Assembly: GCA_020137815.1 (NCBI GenBank)
Contig: CM035359.1
Span: 3,906,001 to 3,970,000, forward strand
Length of the DNA stretch: 64,000 bases
Reading direction: 5' to 3'
Source of the DNA: Hormiphora californensis
Taxonomy: Eukaryota; Animalia; Ctenophora
Below are positions 60,395 through 64,000 of the stretch, piece by piece. A program made the translations under genes and the position numbers. Under the pieces are notes generated by a model. It saw only the letters and a list, made by a program, of their open reading frames with translations, ran no database searches and was not told where the DNA came from. The stretch's first letter is position 1; every line of letters begins with the position of its first letter.

Positions 60395-61066
60395 TTTCCC
60401 AGGACGGTACTATGATTCCAACGCGGCCGCTGACACTAGAAGGCATGAGTAAAGCAGCCAGTAGCTGGTGTGCTAGAGAGGCAGACAACATCAAATACAC
60501 TGATGACCCACCAGACTGGCTCAAAGGAAGGTACATCTTTAAACATTTGCACATTTAGCAATTAATGTCAAAATAACTCCTTTGTTATTTAGGAAGAAAC
60601 AGGAATGAGCGGCCCTTTTAAGATCTGTCGAAGAAGAATCAATTACCTTACCTTTTCTCTTTTATCACTTAGCTATTATAATGAACATTGAACGTCCTGC
60701 AGGTACTTGAGAGTGACTCACGAGGAGTTAAGTTTGCAACCCATTAAGAGTGCGGAAAGATTGTACACCTTTATCGGGAGACAAATGCCTTCCGATTTGA
60801 ATGAATTTCTGATTGAGCACACCACGTTAGATCAACCGGGTGGTACGTTATGCAGTCCAACCTCGAACTATTATTAATGTTTAAAAATAAGTATTAACAC
60901 CTGTATTTTAGGACCTTTGAACACTAGAAGAGATTCCAAGGCTGTTATAGAGAAATGGAAACACTCAAAGAGGATGGTATTGCCGATAATTCGAGCAGTA
61001 GAAGAATCTTGTAGAGTCGTCATGGACAAAGTGGGGTATAAACAATACGATCCAAACGAAACATAG
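57387..61066 (+). CDS. Golgi carbohydrate sulfotransferase (CHST/GlcNAc-6-O-sulfotransferase-like), multi-exon
   Basis: N-terminal TM helix, 5'-PSB motif VTGFRTGSTFLGSIFNQ...YMLEPL, KVIRL and 3'-PB motif VIHLIRDPRG..SR. The last exon reads NTRRDS...W...VEESC..VMDKVGY with a stop at 61066. Confidence 0.9.
58531..60310 (-). mobile_element. Internally deleted CR1/L2-group LINE in a sulfotransferase intron; ORF 58581-60296 fuses ORF1 to the ORF2 C-terminus
   Basis: PHD-like finger (CAEC...CFLC...HDC...WICDPC) and CCCH-like fingers are joined near 59370 to VKDLGV...LYKSMVRSLLEYCCPLWNP...LEGVQRSFTR...SLQRRRERY. APE and the RT core are absent. A (GTAA)n tail lies at about 58531-58545. Confidence 0.85.
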
Positions 61067-61293
61067 TAGAATGTAGATCTTTTAAGTTATTTTAAACTGT
61101 TTGCCCCCTTTATGTGTTTGCTTTGTATTTGTCTGCAACAGCCCCACTTACACTCAAACTGCGGCAAAAATCACACATCAGGGGTGATGACTGCATGAGG
61201 GGATAGTAGGTGACCAACTTGAGACTCATATGACATATTTGACTCACCACAGCACGAGAGGTCAACAACCGGCCGTAACAGGAGACTCAGGGA

Positions 61294-61524
61294 CCAGTTA
61301 CAAAATTTAAAACTGATGTCGGTTTCCAGGTCCCGGTTTTCTTGAGCACTGTACTGACACTACCACGCCTACTTTCAATGCAATTCACATCGAAATTTGG
61401 TCACGTGATCGTAGATTTTGAGCGCAGGGTGTTTCACCAGGAGTGTTCGGGACACACACTGTGTCCCAGCTGCAGAAACTGGCGTCGGTTTCCAAACTGA
61501 TGTCAGTTTCCAATTTGTAACTGG
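61294..61524. mobile_element. MITE-like element with TIR ccagttacaaa/tttgtaactgg
   Basis: 11-bp terminal inverted repeat with internal aaactg(at/gc)gtc(g/a)gtttcc subrepeats. Confidence 0.45.
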
Positions 61525-61837
61525 AGTGTCACAGATATGGTGTGTCACCTGCTGCTCCCAGAGTTCCCTGCAGGCCTTTGAATTTTAAAGGTCACTGATT
61601 CCTTCTTTAAAAAACTTATTTCATAGTGCTCTCCGGTCTTTCCAGTTTCCACAAAAATAAGAGGTCTGGTAAATTTTTTGGGATTTCGGCCGAAAATTTT
61701 GAAAACTGCCTGCTTGAAATTTTGAGCTTGGATTTTTCTTCGCGTGGCGGGAAAATGATGCGCGCCGGGGAAAGCCGCGCAACTTTGCATGCGCTGCATA
61801 CACTTTTTTGCTCTTCAAATTTTCTCATCAGCTAAAA

Positions 61838-61993
61838 AAATGAGGCCCCTCGGAAATGTTCAAGTCATGCACAATCAAGTCACGCCCACCAATCACAGCT
61901 CAGAACGCGCAGAGTGCTTCGCGCGTTCTGCGCTGTGATTGGTGGGCGTGACTTGATTGTGCATGACTTGAACATTTCCGAGGGGCCTCATTT
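61838..61993. repeat. 156-bp palindrome (~73-bp arms)
   Basis: aaatgaggcccctcggaaatg...agaacgcgc is mirrored by gcgcgttct...catttccgaggggcctcattt. Confidence 0.85.
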
Positions 61994-62951
61994 CTCAGAT
62001 CAAAAAAGACAAAATAAAAAATGTCGTTTGGGTAAAAGCGAAGAAGGCCGGCTAGGATAAATCCAGTGCCGGGGGTGCTGATATCCCTTTGAATAACGTT
62101 CAGCCACGGTCCTTCCGGTACAGATTTCTCTGCAGCGTAAAGTCGGATTTACCCAAATTTTAACGCTGGCCATGTTTAGGCGTCATGTGCTTATCCAATA
62201 TCCACCACCAGGCGTCAGGACATCCGACATACAGCCACGGGGCTCTGTAAACAGACACAGATCGTAACAGCTCCCACCCCAACGCTCCTGCCTCCTAATT
62301 TTTATTTATTAATATTGGTGTGGGGAGTGGGGACTGGTGTAAGGTGTTCTAACCCGACAAGACTCCCGCAGGTCTGCCGTCTGGTAGCCCCTCGATACTA
62401 TGGAACACTGTAGTGGTGATCCAAACAGTTCTCTCTGCACGTGGTTCATCAACGTATTATGAAAATCACATTGACAGTCAATGATTGACTTAACCTCTCC
62501 ATGATTGAGAGATAACGAACGACTGCTACACAACGTATGGGGGTAGTGAGAAAGAGAGGCAATGACCTTAGAGAATCTAGCAATACATCGAACCAACAGT
62601 GCAGTCCGGGAATACCTTATTTTGTGATTTATATCCCAACATGCTGACAGTGACAATTTCATTTAAATATATAAGTGTCACTAATTCAGTTCAATCCAGA
62701 GGACAGCTGACATGGAATCTACCAATCTAGTTTTAGATAACTCGGGTTTTGAGAGTAGGTTAAAAGTTTAGTCACAAAAAACATCAATAAGAATGACAAA
62801 TGTCCTCGTGGTTGTGTTCTCCTTCATTGTCACGTTAATACTGAAAAACTAATCACTAAACTGCACTGTCAAACTCAAGTCAAATGTTCAAACGATTGAG
62901 TCTGAAGAAGTCAACTATGTTGTGGTTTCACTCATGGCAATGTTTCATGAT

Positions 62952-63074
62952 TAAAGTCCGTTTCAAGCGACTTGACCCGTAATTCTTGGAATTTGGCGCA
63001 TTGCGCGTGTATTTACAAAGGGGAAATCCTGAATTTCCAGGAATCTCAGGTCAAGTCGTTTGAAACGCACTTTA
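62952..63074. mobile_element. Small MITE-like element with ~26-bp TIRs
   Basis: taaagtccgtttcaagcgacttgacc pairs with ggtcaagtcgtttgaaacgcacttta. Confidence 0.55.
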
Positions 63075-64000
63075 GGTTGGTTCAGGTGCAGGTCTTCCAG
63101 ACGACCTTCGGGCATCGGACTTTTGGAGAGTAACTTTCATTAGATCATCCTCCTCGATCGGGTTTTGTTTTCCTATGTTATATCCACCGAACGGACCTGC
63201 AAGGGGAGCGAGTGTTTTGAAACTCAAATGACAGTAAACAAACTCTATATCGTATAAAATAATACTAGGTTTCGATTGCATTGATTGGCTATCCTATTGG
63301 CTATCCTATTGGCTATCCTATTCAATGAATCGTTACAGGTATGTGTTTGTAAAGTATGATCTTAAAAACTGTACTTGATTTGTACTCGTTGAAAGTTTTC
63401 ACAATATTAGCAGTCACAACAACACGTTCAACTTTATCAAAAGGATCTTCCTCTTCATCATACATCATATCTTGGGTTCCTTCAACTCTCTCATTACACT
63501 GAGTGTTAATTGATTAATTACCATATATCAATTCAAAGAATTGAATTACAAATCATTTTTTTCCCGCCCGGGTGAATGCCGAAGGCATTCATCCGGATGC
63601 CTTTTGCAAAAAGGCATAGGGGTTTAGAATTCGACAAGTTTACATACTAGTGAAGTGTCACGCTTTTTTGTCCTGTGACGTAACCCGATTAGTTGCGAGG
63701 GACAACGGTGTTGCTCCTTCATCAAATACTTCAATGGCACGTTTTCAGGAGATGTGAGCCGCGCAATGTGGCGCACAATTTAGTGCTACTAAAACACAAT
63801 GATTTGTTCTATACGGTTTGAGTGATTCATAAATGATCGGAAATGTCTGTCTCGCCTTCACATTTAATTTAGATGGTTATGAAAATAAAGGTTGGCGGGG
63901 AAACAGCATTATGAAACATAATGCAGTTATTCTTGTTTAAACTTGTTTGAGACATGTGAGGTCTCAACCATGATGTGAAGAGTTTAGAAAATAAACATTC

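Overview
Animal (non-vertebrate) genomic DNA with short GT-AG introns, many (AG)n microsatellites and antisense nested genes. The style suggests a ctenophore, but that is inference only. Host genes: a two-finger C2H2 gene (+, 1.1-6.9 kb), the 5' third of COPA (-), a TBC1D1/TBC1D4-like RabGAP (+, about 12.5-31.2 kb), an SLC17-like MFS transporter nested in one of its introns, a hAT-transposase-derived gene with tandemly duplicated zinc-finger exons, and a carbohydrate sulfotransferase. Mobile DNA includes an intact RTE-type LINE, an internally deleted CR1/L2-type LINE, a 2.4-kb foldback element and many MITE-like palindromes. The main feature is a large Helitron/Helentron-type element (about 38.9-56.4 kb). 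Eleven phase-compatible exons join into one predicted ~3,495-aa protein: SGNH hydrolase, repeat linker, HUH Rep, Pif1 helicase and Ulp1/C48 cysteine protease. Downstream lie a spliced signal-peptide gene with a furin-like site that loosely resembles a class I viral fusion protein, and a small type I membrane protein gene. Together these suggest a virus-like rolling-circle element, which is a hypothesis to test. The 52.85-55.0 kb segment looks like low-quality sequence, and single-base homopolymer frameshifts occur elsewhere, so disrupted frames should be read cautiously.
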